Below, one piece after another: positions 42,095-53,760 of a DNA stretch of 64,000 nt (the first letter of the stretch is position 1; each line of letters opens with the position of its first letter). The notes beneath the pieces are model-generated. The model searched no databases. It was not told the DNA's origin and saw only the letters and a program-made list of their open reading frames with translations. The stretch covers positions 50,220,001-50,284,000 of the forward strand of contig OZ024740.1 in NCBI GenBank assembly GCA_964016885.1, given 5' to 3'. The position numbers and the translations under genes were made by a program. Origin of the DNA: Eledone cirrhosa. Taxonomy: Eukaryota.

Positions 42095-42697
42095 CAGGTC
42101 ACCAGTTGGTGCTACTGGTAACATGTATTCCAGTACAACCTGTCCCATGGTCGGGTCGTTGGCGACTAAACTGGCAACCCCACCAAGGTTTCTTGGTGAG
42201 GAGGGTGACTTTGGACATCCTGCAGGACTAAAAACAAAATCTGTCAAAGGGCAAAGGAACTCTTAAGAGTCAATGGCCATCCAAAATCACCGGGAGAGAT
42301 GACCCCTTAGCCTTTGTCAAGGCAGAATTCTAGGAGAAGGAAAACTCTGATATAACACCTGCAACCCTGATATCCAATGATGTTGACTTGTTCTTCTTTT
42401 TGGTAAATATCATCTTGGTTAAGAGAGTGGGACTGGCTTTGTGCAGTGCCTTTGCTCACTATAAAAGCTTCATGGCACAGGCATTGCTTTATATCTGGAG
42501 ATCTCTCTGCACTTGTCATCACATGGTACCATGGGCCCAGCACTATGTGTCAATAATTGTCACAAGTGTAGTGTTTGTACCAGAGTTTTCAAGTCGCTGG
42601 CTGGACTAAAAAGTCACACTCGTTCAGCGCATCGGTAGGAGTTCTCCTACATGGATATAAAGTAGTGGCCGTACTCGAAAACGAGTTGGCAGCCACC
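42095..42697 (+). mobile_element. ~605-bp non-coding retroposon, copy C (tandem to B)
   Basis: Same termini as B, separated from it by an 18-bp microsatellite spacer. Confidence 0.88.
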
Positions 42698-42954
42698 ATA
42701 TATACGTACATACATGCATACATACATACATAAATACACACATGCACACATACATACATACGTACGTACGTACATACATACATACATACATACATACATA
42801 CATACATACATACATACATACATACATACGTGCATATATACATACATATATACATACATATATACATATATACATACACACATACATACATATATACATA
42901 CATACGTGCATACATACATACATACATACATACATACATACATACATACATACA

Positions 42955-42990
<36 letters not shown>

Positions 42991-43893
42991 TATATGTGTG
43001 TGAGGGGGGGAGAAAGGGGAGAAATAATCAATATGACTGTTTTTAGTATTCTTATTAGTTGCACATGTTGACCTTTTCTATGTATGCATGTATACATATG
43101 TGTATGAGTATATGTGTGTGTATGTGTGTGTATGTGTGTACGTGTGTGTATATGTATGTGTGTGTATGTGAGTGTATGTATGTGTTTGTGTATATGTGTG
43201 TGTACATGTATGTGTATGTGCATGTGCGTGTATGTGTGTGTTGGTGTATATGTATGTGTGTGCGTGCATGTATGTGTGCGCATGTATGTGTGTGTGTGTA
43301 TGTGTGTGAGAGTGCATGTATGCGTGTGTGTGTGTATGTGTATGTGTGTGTATGTATGTGTTTGTATGTGTATGTATGTGTATGTATGTGCATGTGTGTG
43401 CAGGTGTATGCTTATGTGTGTGTATGTGTGTGCCGGTGTGTATATGTATGTGTATATGTCTATGCTGACGAATGCATTAAGAAAATGCAGATTTAATCTT
43501 AATCTATACAAATAGTCTTTTTTATAGGAGCAAAAGAATCCATGGTAAAGCTGGAATGAAAAGTAAAATTCAAATATAAATACATACAAACAAACAAACA
43601 AACAAACAAATAAATAAATAAATAAATAAATAAACAAACAAATAATCAAATAAATAAATAAATAAATAAATAAATATTCCACCACTTGAGTTTGAAAAAT
43701 GCTTAAAATTTCTTAGAAACTTCTTAGAAATCTTCATAGCAAAATTGTTCGTATCAGTGCAGTAATATTGGAGGTTCAACGTAAACATTAAACATTAAAT
43801 AGTGTTGTGTGCACTCTATACGGAGTTCACCACGTCTTACATCAACCTTCCATTTCATATTATTTCCACTGCCATTTTTTCTTGGCACTTCCC

Positions 43894-44082
43894 GTCATTG
43901 TCGTCGTTGTCGTCGTTGTCGTTGTCGTCGTTGTCGTTGTCGTCGTCGTCGTTGTCGTCGTTGTCATTGTCGTCGTTGTCGTGGTTGTCATTGTCGTTGT
44001 CGTCGTTGTCGTGGTTGTCATTGTCGTTGTCGTCGTTGTCGTGGTTGTCATTGTCGTTGTCGTCGTTGTCGTCGTCGTTGTC

Positions 44083-44114
<32 letters not shown>

Positions 44115-44587
44115 CGTTGTCGTTGTCGTCGTTGTCGTCGTTCTCGTTGTCGTTGTCGTCGTCGTTGTTGTCGTTGTCGTTGTCGTCGTCGTTGTCGTTG
44201 TCGTCGTCGTTGTCGTCGTTGTCGTCGTTGTCGTTGTCGTCGTTGTCGTCGTCGTTGTCGTCGTCGTTGTCGTTGTCGTCGTTGTCGTTGTCGTCGTTGT
44301 CGTCGTTCTCGTTGTCGTTGTCGTCGTCGTTGTTGTCGTTGTCGTTGTCGTCGTCGTTGTCGTTGTCGTCGTCGTTGTCGTCGTCGTTGTCGTCGTCGTT
44401 GTCGTCGTCGTTGTCGTCGTTCTCGTTGTCGTTGTCGTCGTCGTTGTCGTTGTCGTCGTTGTCGTTGTCGTCGTTGTCGTTGTCGTCGTCGTCGTCGTCG
44501 TCGTTGTCGTCGTTGTCGTCGTTGTCGTTGTCGTCGTTGTCGTTGTCGTCGTTCTTGTTGTCGTTGTCGTCGTCGTTGTCGTCGTTG

Positions 44588-44619
<32 letters not shown>

Positions 44620-44690
44620 GTTGTCGTCGTCGTTGTCGTCGTTCTCGTTGTCGTTGTCGTCGTCGTTGTCGTCGTTGTCGTTGTCGTCGT
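43894..44690. repeat. (GTC/GTT)n trinucleotide array, left half
   Basis: Direct inspection. Confidence 0.98.
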
Positions 44691-44928
44691 TGTTGTTGTT
44701 ATATAGATTTATATATGTTGTGTATGAAAGGAAATAGTGAGTACTTAGTATGAAAGATCAAGAACGTGAGAGAGACTGAAAAGACGTGTTAACAATACGA
44801 TATACTTTATTATACTGTGTCTATACAAGGTGTCTCCTCGGGCAGGAGATTTCCTTATTGTCTCTGTATCAAGAGAGATAATGGACGACGTTAGTTGGTC
44901 TTGTCTATGGTGATGCTTAACATGAACA
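44691..44928 (-). repeat. 3' LTR (238 bp); polypurine tract adjacent at 44929-44948
   Basis: Matches 48971-49208 with three substitutions seen; A-run plus GGAAGA precedes it on the - strand. Confidence 0.96.
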
Positions 44929-45179
44929 TCTTCCTTTTTTTTTTTTTTCTTTTATCTGTATCTACAGGGGAGAATTATTCGTCGTCCACTTTTTGTGGTT
45001 CTATTATTTTGGAATGTTGAATTCTGTAGTTGTGCTGTTTTTGTTTTTTCATGCGTGTTTGTTGAATTTGGAAGTATATTTTCATGATCTATTTCTTCTG
45101 TTATGCGAATGTTTTCTTTTGTTTTAAGAATGTGTTGTTTATTTCGTTTGACTGTATTACCTTCCTCTGCTACTACTAA

Positions 45180-47638
45180 TTATGAACGAGGTTGTTCTAG
45201 TTTTTTAATTATTTTTCCCCTTCTAAACCAATTGTTATCGAACTTAATTCTAACCGTGTCGTGTGGTTTTAACTCTGGGAGATCTGTTGTAATTTTTGAT
45301 TTCTTCTGTTCGTGTGGCCTGAGAACAATTTTATCGTGTAGTATGTTTGGGAGATTTGTTCGCAATGTTCTATTCATTATTTGATTTGCAGGGGATGGTG
45401 CACCATTTTGTAATTTAGTCGTGCGTAATGCTAAGAGCGCTAATTGAGGTTATTCGCCACTTTTGAATGCCTTTTTTAACGTCTTTTTTATTGTCTGTAT
45501 ATTTCTCTCAACCATGCCATTTGCTTGATGATAATGTGGGCTTGTTTTCGTGTGATAAAAATGCAAATTTTTGGCAAATTTTTTTAAATTCAGCCGAATT
45601 GAATTCTGGACCGTTGTCACTGACAACTGTTTGTGGAATGCCGAATTTGGCAAAAGTTTCTTTTATTCTTTTGATTACAGTTTTTGACTGGCAATCATTT
45701 ATTTCGTGTAAATCAAAAAGTCTTGTTGTATAGTCAATGATTGTGACATACGAATTTCCAGACAGGTGAAATATGTCTGTACCTACTTTGGTCCATGGTG
45801 TAGTAGGTATTTCATGATTTATTAGTGGTTCGGCTGGTTGTTGATTTTTGTAATCGATGCAGTATGAGCATGTGTTTGATTTGAGCGTTAATGCCGGGCC
45901 AGTATATACATTCCTTGGCTCGCTCTGTGCATTTTTCGATACCCATGTGTCCGGTATGTATTTCCTGTAGAGCTTCTCTACGTAATGACTTAGGTACAAT
46001 GATTCTTGGACCTTTTAGAACGAGGCCATTGACGATCGATATTTCATCACGAACAGAGACGAATGGTTTAATGTTTGTTGGTATTGTGTCTTTTGGGGGC
46101 CATTCTGTTCTTGTATATGTGATGAGTGTATGTAGTGACGAGTCGTGTGCAGTGGCTTCTTTGTACTCGTTTAATTTAGTGTCGGTTATGGGGTAATTTT
46201 TTATTACTGCATGTATGTGCGATTTCATATCTTCGTCTGATACTTCTGGAGTATTTTGTTCAAGGTATGCACGTGATAGAGTATCTGCAACAACTGATTC
46301 TTTACCAGGTATGTAGTTTAGGTCAAAATCGTATCTTTGTAATGCTAGTAGAAATCTTTGGATTGGGGGGGGGGGGGGGCATTTAGTGATCGATTTTTTA
46401 AATATTTGCTTCAACGGTTTATGGTCGTTTTCGATTCTGAAATGAGTTCCGTATATAAACTGATGAAATTTCTTGCATGCGAAAACCATACTGAGAGCTT
46501 CGCTCTCTATCGGACAGTAGTTTTGTTCCGCTTGAGTTGTTGCACGTGATGTAAACGAAACAGGTAGCCATCTTTCGTTGTGTTTCTGCTCAAGTATAGC
46601 TCCGAGCCCATGCTTACTAGCATCTGTAGTTATTTTTACTGGTAGATCTGGATCATAAAATTGTAGCACTGGTTTTCTAGTAATCATTTCTTTTAGCTTT
46701 TTTATTGCTTCGATTTGAGGTTTGTCGAGTGACTATAACGTGTCACTCTGTAGAAGCTGGCGTAATGGTGCTGTAACTTCGGAGTAGTTTGGTAAAAATT
46801 TACATAGGTAATTTGTCATACCTAGGAATCTTTGTAATTCTTTTTTACCTGTAGGTAGTGGCATGTGAATGATTGCTTGCACTTTGGTTGGATCTTGTTT
46901 TATCCCTTCGCTGGTTAATAGATGCCCAAGGTACGTTATTTGTGATGCATTGAAGATACACTTTGATTTATTTAACTTTAATCCGTGCTTTCGGATTCGT
47001 TCGAAAACTTGTTGTAATCTATTTGTGTGTTCTTCTAAAGTGCTGGACCAGATTATAATGTCATCCTGTGAATTTCTTGCTCCTTCTATGCCATCTATTA
47101 TTTTTGCGATTTCTTTTTGGAAAACTTCACTGGCGCTGTGAATTCCATAGGGCAGTCGTGTGAAGCGATATCTTCCAAAAGGTGTGTTGAACGTTAACAG
47201 GTGGGAGCTTTCTTCGTCAACTGGAATTTGCCAGTATCCATTAGATGCATCGAGTTTCGAGAAATATTTAGGTTTATGCATTTGTGCAAAAATGTCCTCC
47301 GCTGTAGGGAGTTTTAAATGTTGCCTTTTTATGGCTTTGTTTAGATTCTTGGGGTCCAAACAGAGTCGGAGTTTTCCGTTGGCTTTTTCAACGATGACTG
47401 GGGAATTTACCCAGTCTGTAGTGTCACTAACGGGTTTTATGATTCCTAATTCTGTCATTTTTTTTAGTACTTTTTTGAGTTTTTCTTTTATAGAAAAAGG
47501 AACCGATCTTGGTGGATGAATTACAGGAGTTATTTGTGGATCCACTGTGATATGATGTGTTATTGGCAGAGTGCCGATTTCTCCGAAACAGTCTTCATAT
47601 TTTTCTGTTATGTCGTTTGCGTTCGACGAATTTATTTT
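45180..47638 (-). pseudogene. pol: Gypsy pol (RT, RNase H, integrase) with stops and frameshifts
   Basis: LRLCLDPKNLN, FSKLDASNGYWQI, RLPYGI, SQDDII, TDASKHGLGA, ENDHKPL, HTGHMG..CSYC, GTDIF, SDNGPEF, NGMVER. Confidence 0.93.
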
Positions 47639-48892
47639 TTAAATTCTCTGAATTAGGTTCAGATCATGTGCTGTCTTTGCATCTGTAACTGCGTGCGAGT
47701 TTGTTTTTGCAACAATGAAGTTTGTTTGTTTTGATACTTTTTTGTATTTAACGACTGCTGTGCATTTTCCTAGCACTTTTATAGCTGTGTTATTGTAGGC
47801 TGATAATCGAGTTGAGGTATTTTGCAGTTGGGGTTTTGGAATAATATTTTTATATTCTCTGAATGGCAGTACGGTCACGTCTGCTCCAGTATCAATTTTG
47901 AATGTTACATTCGAGTTATTCACTTTTAGTTCGACCGTCCAAATGTCTTTTGGAGTCTTGAACTTTTCGATTTTATGCATGCGGGATTTATTTAAAGTGA
48001 TCACTTTGAGTGCATGTATATCGTCATCTGATTCATCGTCGGAATGTGTCTCCACTTTATGTACAAATTTTCTTGATTTGCACATTTTTGCATAGTGTCC
48101 TTTTTTCTTGCATTTTTCACATATCTTGTGGAATGCTGGGCACTTATTTCTTTGGTGATTGTAACCACAATAGTGACAGTTAGTGACGTAGAGTTGACTT
48201 GGCGCTTGAAATTTCGCGGGCTTTCTATCACTTCCGCCTTGCTCATTTTGACGTCTCGATTGCATATGGCGAGTTATCTGTGTCTTGGCGCCTTTTCTGT
48301 CGTGTTGACTATGTATCGCCGAGATTTCGTTATCTCTTGTTTCGGATGTGGCATTCAGCATCCTTGATTGGCGTCGTGTTTGCTCTGCACTCTGACCTGC
48401 TTGAATTGTTTTTTGTAAGTCTAAATTTGGTTCTCTCAATAATCTTTCTCTTAGTCTCATGTCTCTGATTCCACATATCAGAATATCTCTGGTGAGACTG
48501 TCTGTAAGGTCGCCGAATTCGCACTGTTGTGCCTTTTGGCGTAACTCTACCACGTACTCATCGAATGTTTGATGTTCCGCTTGTCCACATGTGAAGAATT
48601 TGTGTCTCAGGAAAGTTATGTTTTTTCTGGGTTCACAATATGCATCGAATTTTTCGATTACTGTTTGAAGGTTCATTTCTTCGTCGAGTGAATCGAAATC
48701 CAGAGTAGAATGGATGTCTCGGCCTTTGGAACCGATGCAAGTTAAAAACATTGAAGTTTTTACTTTGTCTGGCTTTATGTCACTTTCTGATGCTATCAAA
48801 AAGAGATTGAATTCTTTTTTCCACTTTTTCCATGCTGCGGCTAGATTTTCTTGATTAAAATCTAGGTCTTTTGGATGCGGTAGATTTTCCAT
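47639..48892 (-). CDS. gag: Gypsy Gag plus aspartic protease; ends at a probably mutational TAA
   Basis: Tandem Cys/His knuckles CHYCGYNHQRNKC..CEKCKKKGHYAKMC; protease FKIDTGADVTVL; ATG at 48892. Confidence 0.9.
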   Translation of the reverse strand: MENLPHPKDLDFNQENLAAAWKKWKKEFNLFLIASESDIKPDKVKTSMFLTCIGSKGRDIHSTLDFDSLDEEMNLQTVIEKFDAYCEPRKNITFLRHKFFTCGQAEHQTFDEYVVELRQKAQQCEFGDLTDSLTRDILICGIRDMRLRERLLREPNLDLQKTIQAGQSAEQTRRQSRMLNATSETRDNEISAIHSQHDRKGAKTQITRHMQSRRQNEQGGSDRKPAKFQAPSQLYVTNCHYCGYNHQRNKCPAFHKICEKCKKKGHYAKMCKSRKFVHKVETHSDDESDDDIHALKVITLNKSRMHKIEKFKTPKDIWTVELKVNNSNVTFKIDTGADVTVLPFREYKNIIPKPQLQNTSTRLSAYNNTAIKVLGKCTAVVKYKKVSKQTNFIVAKTNSHAVTDAKTAHDLNLIQRI

Positions 48893-48960
48893 TTCGTCTT
48901 CGAAGTATGATTTCAACTTCTTTTTTCTTTTCGTTTCTGTAGGATGGGTTCTTTTAGTAA

Positions 48961-48970
48961 TCTGACACCA
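48961..48970 (-). promoter_or_regulatory. Primer-binding site TGGTGTCAGA (tRNA-Leu-like)
   Basis: Immediately follows the 5' LTR on the - strand and begins with TGG. Confidence 0.8.
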
Positions 48971-49208
48971 TGTTGTTGTTATATAGATTTATATATGTTG
49001 TGTATGAAAGGAAATAGTGAGTACTTAGTATGAAAGATCAAGAACGTGAGAGAGACTGAAAAGACGTGTTAACAATACGATATACTTTATTATACTGTGT
49101 CTATACAAGGTGTCTCCTCGGGCAGGAGATTTCCTTATTGTCTCTGTATCAAGGGAGATAATGGGCGACGTTAGTTGATCTTGTCTATGGTGATGCTTAA
49201 CATGAACA
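48971..49208 (-). repeat. 5' LTR (238 bp)
   Basis: TGTTCATG...AACAACAACA on the - strand; direct repeat of 44691-44928. Confidence 0.96.
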
Positions 49209-49356
49209 GTCGTCGTTGTTGTCGTTGTCGTTGTCGTCGTTGTCGTCGTTGTAGTTGTTGTCGTTGTCGTCGTTGTAGTTGTCGTCGTCGTCGTCGTTGT
49301 CGTCGTTGTCGTTGTCCTCGTCGTCGTTGTCGTCGTCGTCGTTGTCGTCGTTGTCG

Positions 49357-49387
<31 letters not shown>

Positions 49388-49673
49388 TGTCGTCGTTGTC
49401 GTCGTTGTCGTCGTCGTTGTCGTTGTCGTCGTCGTCGTCGTCGTCGTTGTCGTCGTTGTCGTCGTTGTCGTTGTCGTCGTTGTCGTCGTCGTCGTTGTCG
49501 TCGTCGTCGTCGTCGTTGTCGTTGTCGTTGTCGTCGTCGTTGTCGTCGTCGTCGTTGTCGTTGTCGTTGTTGTCGTTGTCGTTGTCGTCGTTGTCGTCGT
49601 TGTCGTTGTCCTCGTCGTCGTTGTCGTCGTCGTCGTTGTCGTCGTTGTCGTCGTTGTCGTTGTCGTCGTCGTT

Positions 49674-49705
<32 letters not shown>

Positions 49706-49796
49706 CGTTGTCGTCGTCGTCGTTGTCGTCGTTGTCGTTGTCGTCGTCGTCGTCGTCGTTGTCGTTGTCGTCGTTGTCGTCGTCGTCGTTGTCGTT

Positions 49797-49834
<38 letters not shown>

Positions 49835-49887
49835 TGTCGTCGTCGTCGTCGTCGTTGTCGTTGTCGTCGTTGTCGTCGTCGTCGTTG

Positions 49888-49918
<31 letters not shown>

Positions 49919-50070
49919 TGTCGTCGTTGTCGTCGTCGTCGTTGTCGTCGTCGTCGTCGTCGTTGTCGTTGTCGTCGTCGTCGTTGTCGTCGTCGTCGTT
50001 GTCGTCGTCGTCGTTGTCGTTGTCGTCGTCGTCGTCGTCGTTGTCGTCGTCGTCGTCGTCGTTGTCGTTG

Positions 50071-50116
<46 letters not shown>

Positions 50117-50145
50117 TGTCGTCGTCGTTGTCGTCGTCGTCGTTG

Positions 50146-50176
<31 letters not shown>

Positions 50177-50245
50177 TGTCGTTGTCGTCGTCGTTGTCGT
50201 CGTTGTCGTTGTCGTTGTCGTCGTTGTCGTCGTCGTTGTCGTCGT
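49209..50245. repeat. (GTC/GTT)n trinucleotide array, right half
   Basis: Direct inspection. Confidence 0.98.
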
Positions 50246-50261
50246 TTTACTATTTTTGAGG

Positions 50262-50305
50262 CAGTGTTTTATGGTCGGATGCCCTTCCTGATGCCAACAC
50301 TTTTA
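50262..50305 (-). mobile_element. Short SINE core fragment
   Basis: ttttatggtcggatgcccttcctgatgccaac resembles a common invertebrate SINE segment; recognised from memory only. Confidence 0.4.
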
Positions 50306-50444
50306 ATCGCATCCTACGACACGCCACGGATATCATGTTCTTATTCTAAAAAAAGGGAATACACACCGTGTATTTATCCATCTACATTCCTTAATTAGCT
50401 TACTAAACTAACCAACGGGAAAGTCTCTACGCTACCAATCGCCT

Positions 50445-50681
50445 TCCTACCGGGGATTGTCAGGTCGCTTCCCCTTCGTAACGGTCACCGTCGAGACCTC
50501 GGGTGTACTTGGACCCAGTACTAACAAGCTCCTCCACAAGATCGTAACATCGGTAGTCCGTCTGAGTAAGAGGCCCCACGATGTGAAGTGTCTGTTACAG
50601 CGGGTGTTGCTGGACATTGCCCTCAGAAATGCTTTTGCGGTCTTGTCTGCAGGACGCAACCCCAACACCACTACACTCTAG
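50445..50681 (+). mobile_element. 3' fragment of a CRE-like RLE retrotransposon
   Basis: YRGLSGRFPFVTVTVETSGVLGPSTNKLLHKI..LLQRVLLDIALRNAFAVL, homologous to 51844-52086. Confidence 0.8.
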
Positions 50682-51050
50682 GCTTAGAGCTCATCACCCT
50701 CCCTCTACCCCTCCCTGTTCTCCCTCCCATTCTTCCGTTGCCCTGAAGCCCTTGCCCTTTCTTTCATTTTACGTTTTAAAATAACTGTATTGTTGTTATT
50801 TGAAATAGATTTGTTTATGTTTACTCCCTAACCCTGAAATCTGCGTTCCTCACTACACATACACCCACCTACCTACACACACATGTACATACACAATACA
50901 CATACTCACACCTACACACATACCTTTTACTCCCTTACACTGGAATCTGCGTTCCTCACTACACATACATACTTACATCCACGCACACACGTTCACACAC
51001 CGAAATGTCTTTCTAATCACACATTGCTATCATTTTAAAATGGTAAGATA

Positions 51051-51500
51051 TCTATATATATAAAGTTGTATTCCTGTCTGTTTGTTTGTCACGAACTCCT
51101 CCTATGGTTTTGGAGATAGACCCCCATAACCATATATATTCTGAAACTACATTGCCCAGGGTACTTGGATAAGTATATTTCATTTTAATCAAAGAGTTCC
51201 CCGGGGGCATAAACCCCCGCTGAAAAGTTTTTCCCTTCGATTTATATGAAATTTAAACCATAGGTAAATGACAAGATATGATGCCTATTCACAAAAGTTT
51301 TGAATTGATATTTTGAAAAAGATTATTTACAAGAAACAAAATAAGAATAAGATTTAAAAATGTAATTTTGATTTGATATATTACAAAAAATAATGTTTTC
51401 CAGTTTTTCATTGAGTAATATTGAAATGCAGAGTTTTTCTCCATAAATTATATCACTGATTTAAAATCAATCATCATTGAGATGCGGGTAATTCGGCTAG
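51051..51500 (+). mobile_element. Non-autonomous Helitron-like element
   Basis: 5' TCTATATATATAAA after host A, internal gtctgtttgtttgtc, 3' gcgggtaattcggCTAG before host T; no TSD. Confidence 0.7.
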
Positions 51501-51809
51501 TATTAAATAATGCAGTCTTAATGAAGATGAGATGAGAAGAACTTGTCTTTTATACTGCTGTAACAGTGTTTTTGTGAGTGACTTCATGTCACTCATTCGA
51601 ACTAGCAATCAGTCGATGCGGTGTAGGATGTTAGTTGGTGTAGCAGCCGCATCGACTCAAATGTAAAAGCGGGACACTATTGTGGGTAGCACCTGAGCTT
51701 TAGATAGGGTTATAGTTGCAACCGAACTCCCACTGTCATCACCTCCATCTCTCTCGCCCTCCCCATCTCTCTGTATGGTGAGCAAATGGGGTCTCACGTG
51801 CTGGCCTCC

Positions 51810-52675
51810 CCACAGCCCCGGTGGACAGAATGGAGAAGGCATTTCACCGGAGGATGGTAAGGGAGATGCGCTGGAAGAGCCATTCCAACTCGCGAGGCTC
51901 ACACCTGCGGCTGGCCAGCTCAGCGCCTATGGTGGTGAGTAGGAAGGTAGCCCTAGGGCCAAGGACACCGGAAGTCTCCACTGCTAAGGGCACGACTGCG
52001 AACCTGTCAGAGAGCGACCGGTACTTGGAGACTTTGGCCTCCTCAGCCCGATGTGCAGCAGAACCTGGGTTAGTCACAGACTGCACTAGGTTGCGGCTGG
52101 AGAAAGTGTCATTGCAAGTGGCATCTCAGACGAGGGGTTTGCCACCGCGGAACGGGAACATGGTCATACCGTCTGGCCTTTTGCCGTCCCTTCGGTCCAG
52201 CCCCACCGGCTCGTGCTTGGAGGGGAAGCCTGCAGCGTCCAAGCCATGCTTAATGACCTCGTTGAGAGCAGCATGGCGTGGAAGGCGCCAGCACTGTGGC
52301 GACAGGAAAGCGGGTGGAGGACGAAAGAGTCCACGGTGGATCCACAGCGACATTGATGTGGATCGCAGATCCGGAGTCCAAACGTCAAGGAAATGCCGAT
52401 GCGCAGGCTATCGTTATCCAGCTGCGTGCCAGTGGAGAAGGAGAGTAAGGCATAGAGCCAGTAACCACTGTGGGGTTTCGAGGTCGCGCGAAAACAGGCA
52501 AGGCTGTGTTGGTCGAGCTGGTGCGTGAGCCTTTCTGAGGCTAGGCTGCACTGGATGGCATCCTAAATCTTTTGGGGGGACTTGACGTCAGCAGGGGGGA
52601 GAAGGAGGAAGGACGTCTAGTGGGCTAAGTCCCAGCCGGTCCCACGTCTCCCAGGCGGCCTCACGTGCTGGTACA
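51810..52675 (-). mobile_element. CRE-like non-LTR retrotransposon 3' portion (zinc knuckle + RLE), frameshifted
   Basis: SGYWLYAL, CRCG..D..H.LSC, RHAALN, EPVGL, GKRPDG, KVSKY, VPLAVETSG.LG, LFQRISLTILR. Confidence 0.88.
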
Positions 52676-53349
52676 TGAAATATTTTTTTGTTTGTACTTT
52701 CTTCTTCTGATAGAGAGGAAGGTGAGAAATAGATACAAAAATATATAATATAATTGGGGAGTTAATGAGGTGTATAGAAATCACAGGAGCCACAATTTTT
52801 AATAAACAGCCGAAGAAATCAATATTAATTTAAAAGACTCTGTATACCAATCTTAACCAACATATTGATTATATTTAAACTACACCTTCATATGACAACA
52901 ATATGGTATTGGCGTATATTTTCAATTATTTAAATCTCTATAGGCATCCTATTCTCATATATATATTTAGATGTTTACTTGAGTGCTGGGAATTAACTAA
53001 ACTGTCTATCTTTAGTTGTTGTTGGTGGTGGTGGTGGTGGTGGTTAGTTGTGATGGTGGATGATGATGATGAGGTAGTAGCTATATAGGTGTGTGTTTGA
53101 TCTATGGAGCTATGTTGTCTTAACAGGAATAACTTACGTTTACGTTGTATGAGTTAAAGTGTGATATATGTGCGCAGTTTTATTTGAGCTAAGAAACATT
53201 GCTGGCTATATTCGTGAAGACTTCGAGCTTGCGTTGAAAATTAAACTAGATTAATTTTCTCCACCTGCTTCTATTCTGCTGAGGAATCTTATTTATTTAA
53301 ACTACTTTCTCACTCAATCTGCTTCTAGATAGCGCATAATTATAATAGA

Positions 53350-53760
53350 TATTCTTATTCGAAGGGGAATTAGAGACTCGCCTACAAGATTTTTCATTAT
53401 AACCGGTAATTACTTGGAATTGTAATCAATGTTAATGGTGTTCTCATTTGACTTTCTGCGATGGCAATATGTGGCTCTCTTTATGTATACTGTTATGCCT
53501 AAGATGCTGGCTATCGTTGCGTTAGTGTTTAGAGTTATGTTTAAATAAAATTTCTTAAATGTTTCTATTAAATCCTTTCTAAATCTATCCATAGTGCAGC
53601 CATTCATATTGTAAAAGATAGCGAGGCTATCACCTCTGAACAATCTGGAGCAATAGATGTGGCGCGCTTTCGGTGATATCAATGGTAAACAAACTCCAGC
53701 TCCTCAGCTCCATGGGGGCATCAAACAAAGTGTCACTGTTCTTTAATTAGATGCAGATGG
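53350..53760 (-). mobile_element. Highly decayed PLE-like RT remnant
   Basis: FDAPM; LFRGDSLA (cf. LYRDDGLA); DRFRKDLIETFK..LNIT; RKSNENTINIDYNSN. Confidence 0.5.

Larger units (their letters stand above)
40080..43460. repeat. Compound (TA)/(CA)/(TACA)/(TG) microsatellite field hosting the retroposon copies
   Basis: Direct inspection; source of the YIHT/MYVC ORFs. Confidence 0.97.
44691..49208 (-). mobile_element. Full-length Ty3/Gypsy LTR retrotransposon (Mag-like), 4.5 kb, coding region disrupted
   Basis: Two 238-bp TG..CA LTRs, PBS, PPT, domain order gag-PR-RT-RH-IN; gtcgt on both flanks is compatible with a 5-bp TSD. Confidence 0.96.

Noticed and set aside
40056-43788. Many MYVC/YIHT ORFs
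   Set aside because: Microsatellite translations on both strands.
43802-50398. Cys/Arg-rich (protamine- or metallothionein-like), poly-Ser and poly-Val ORFs
   Set aside because: All three frames of (GTC/GTT)n are open, and the array is interrupted by a Gypsy insertion.
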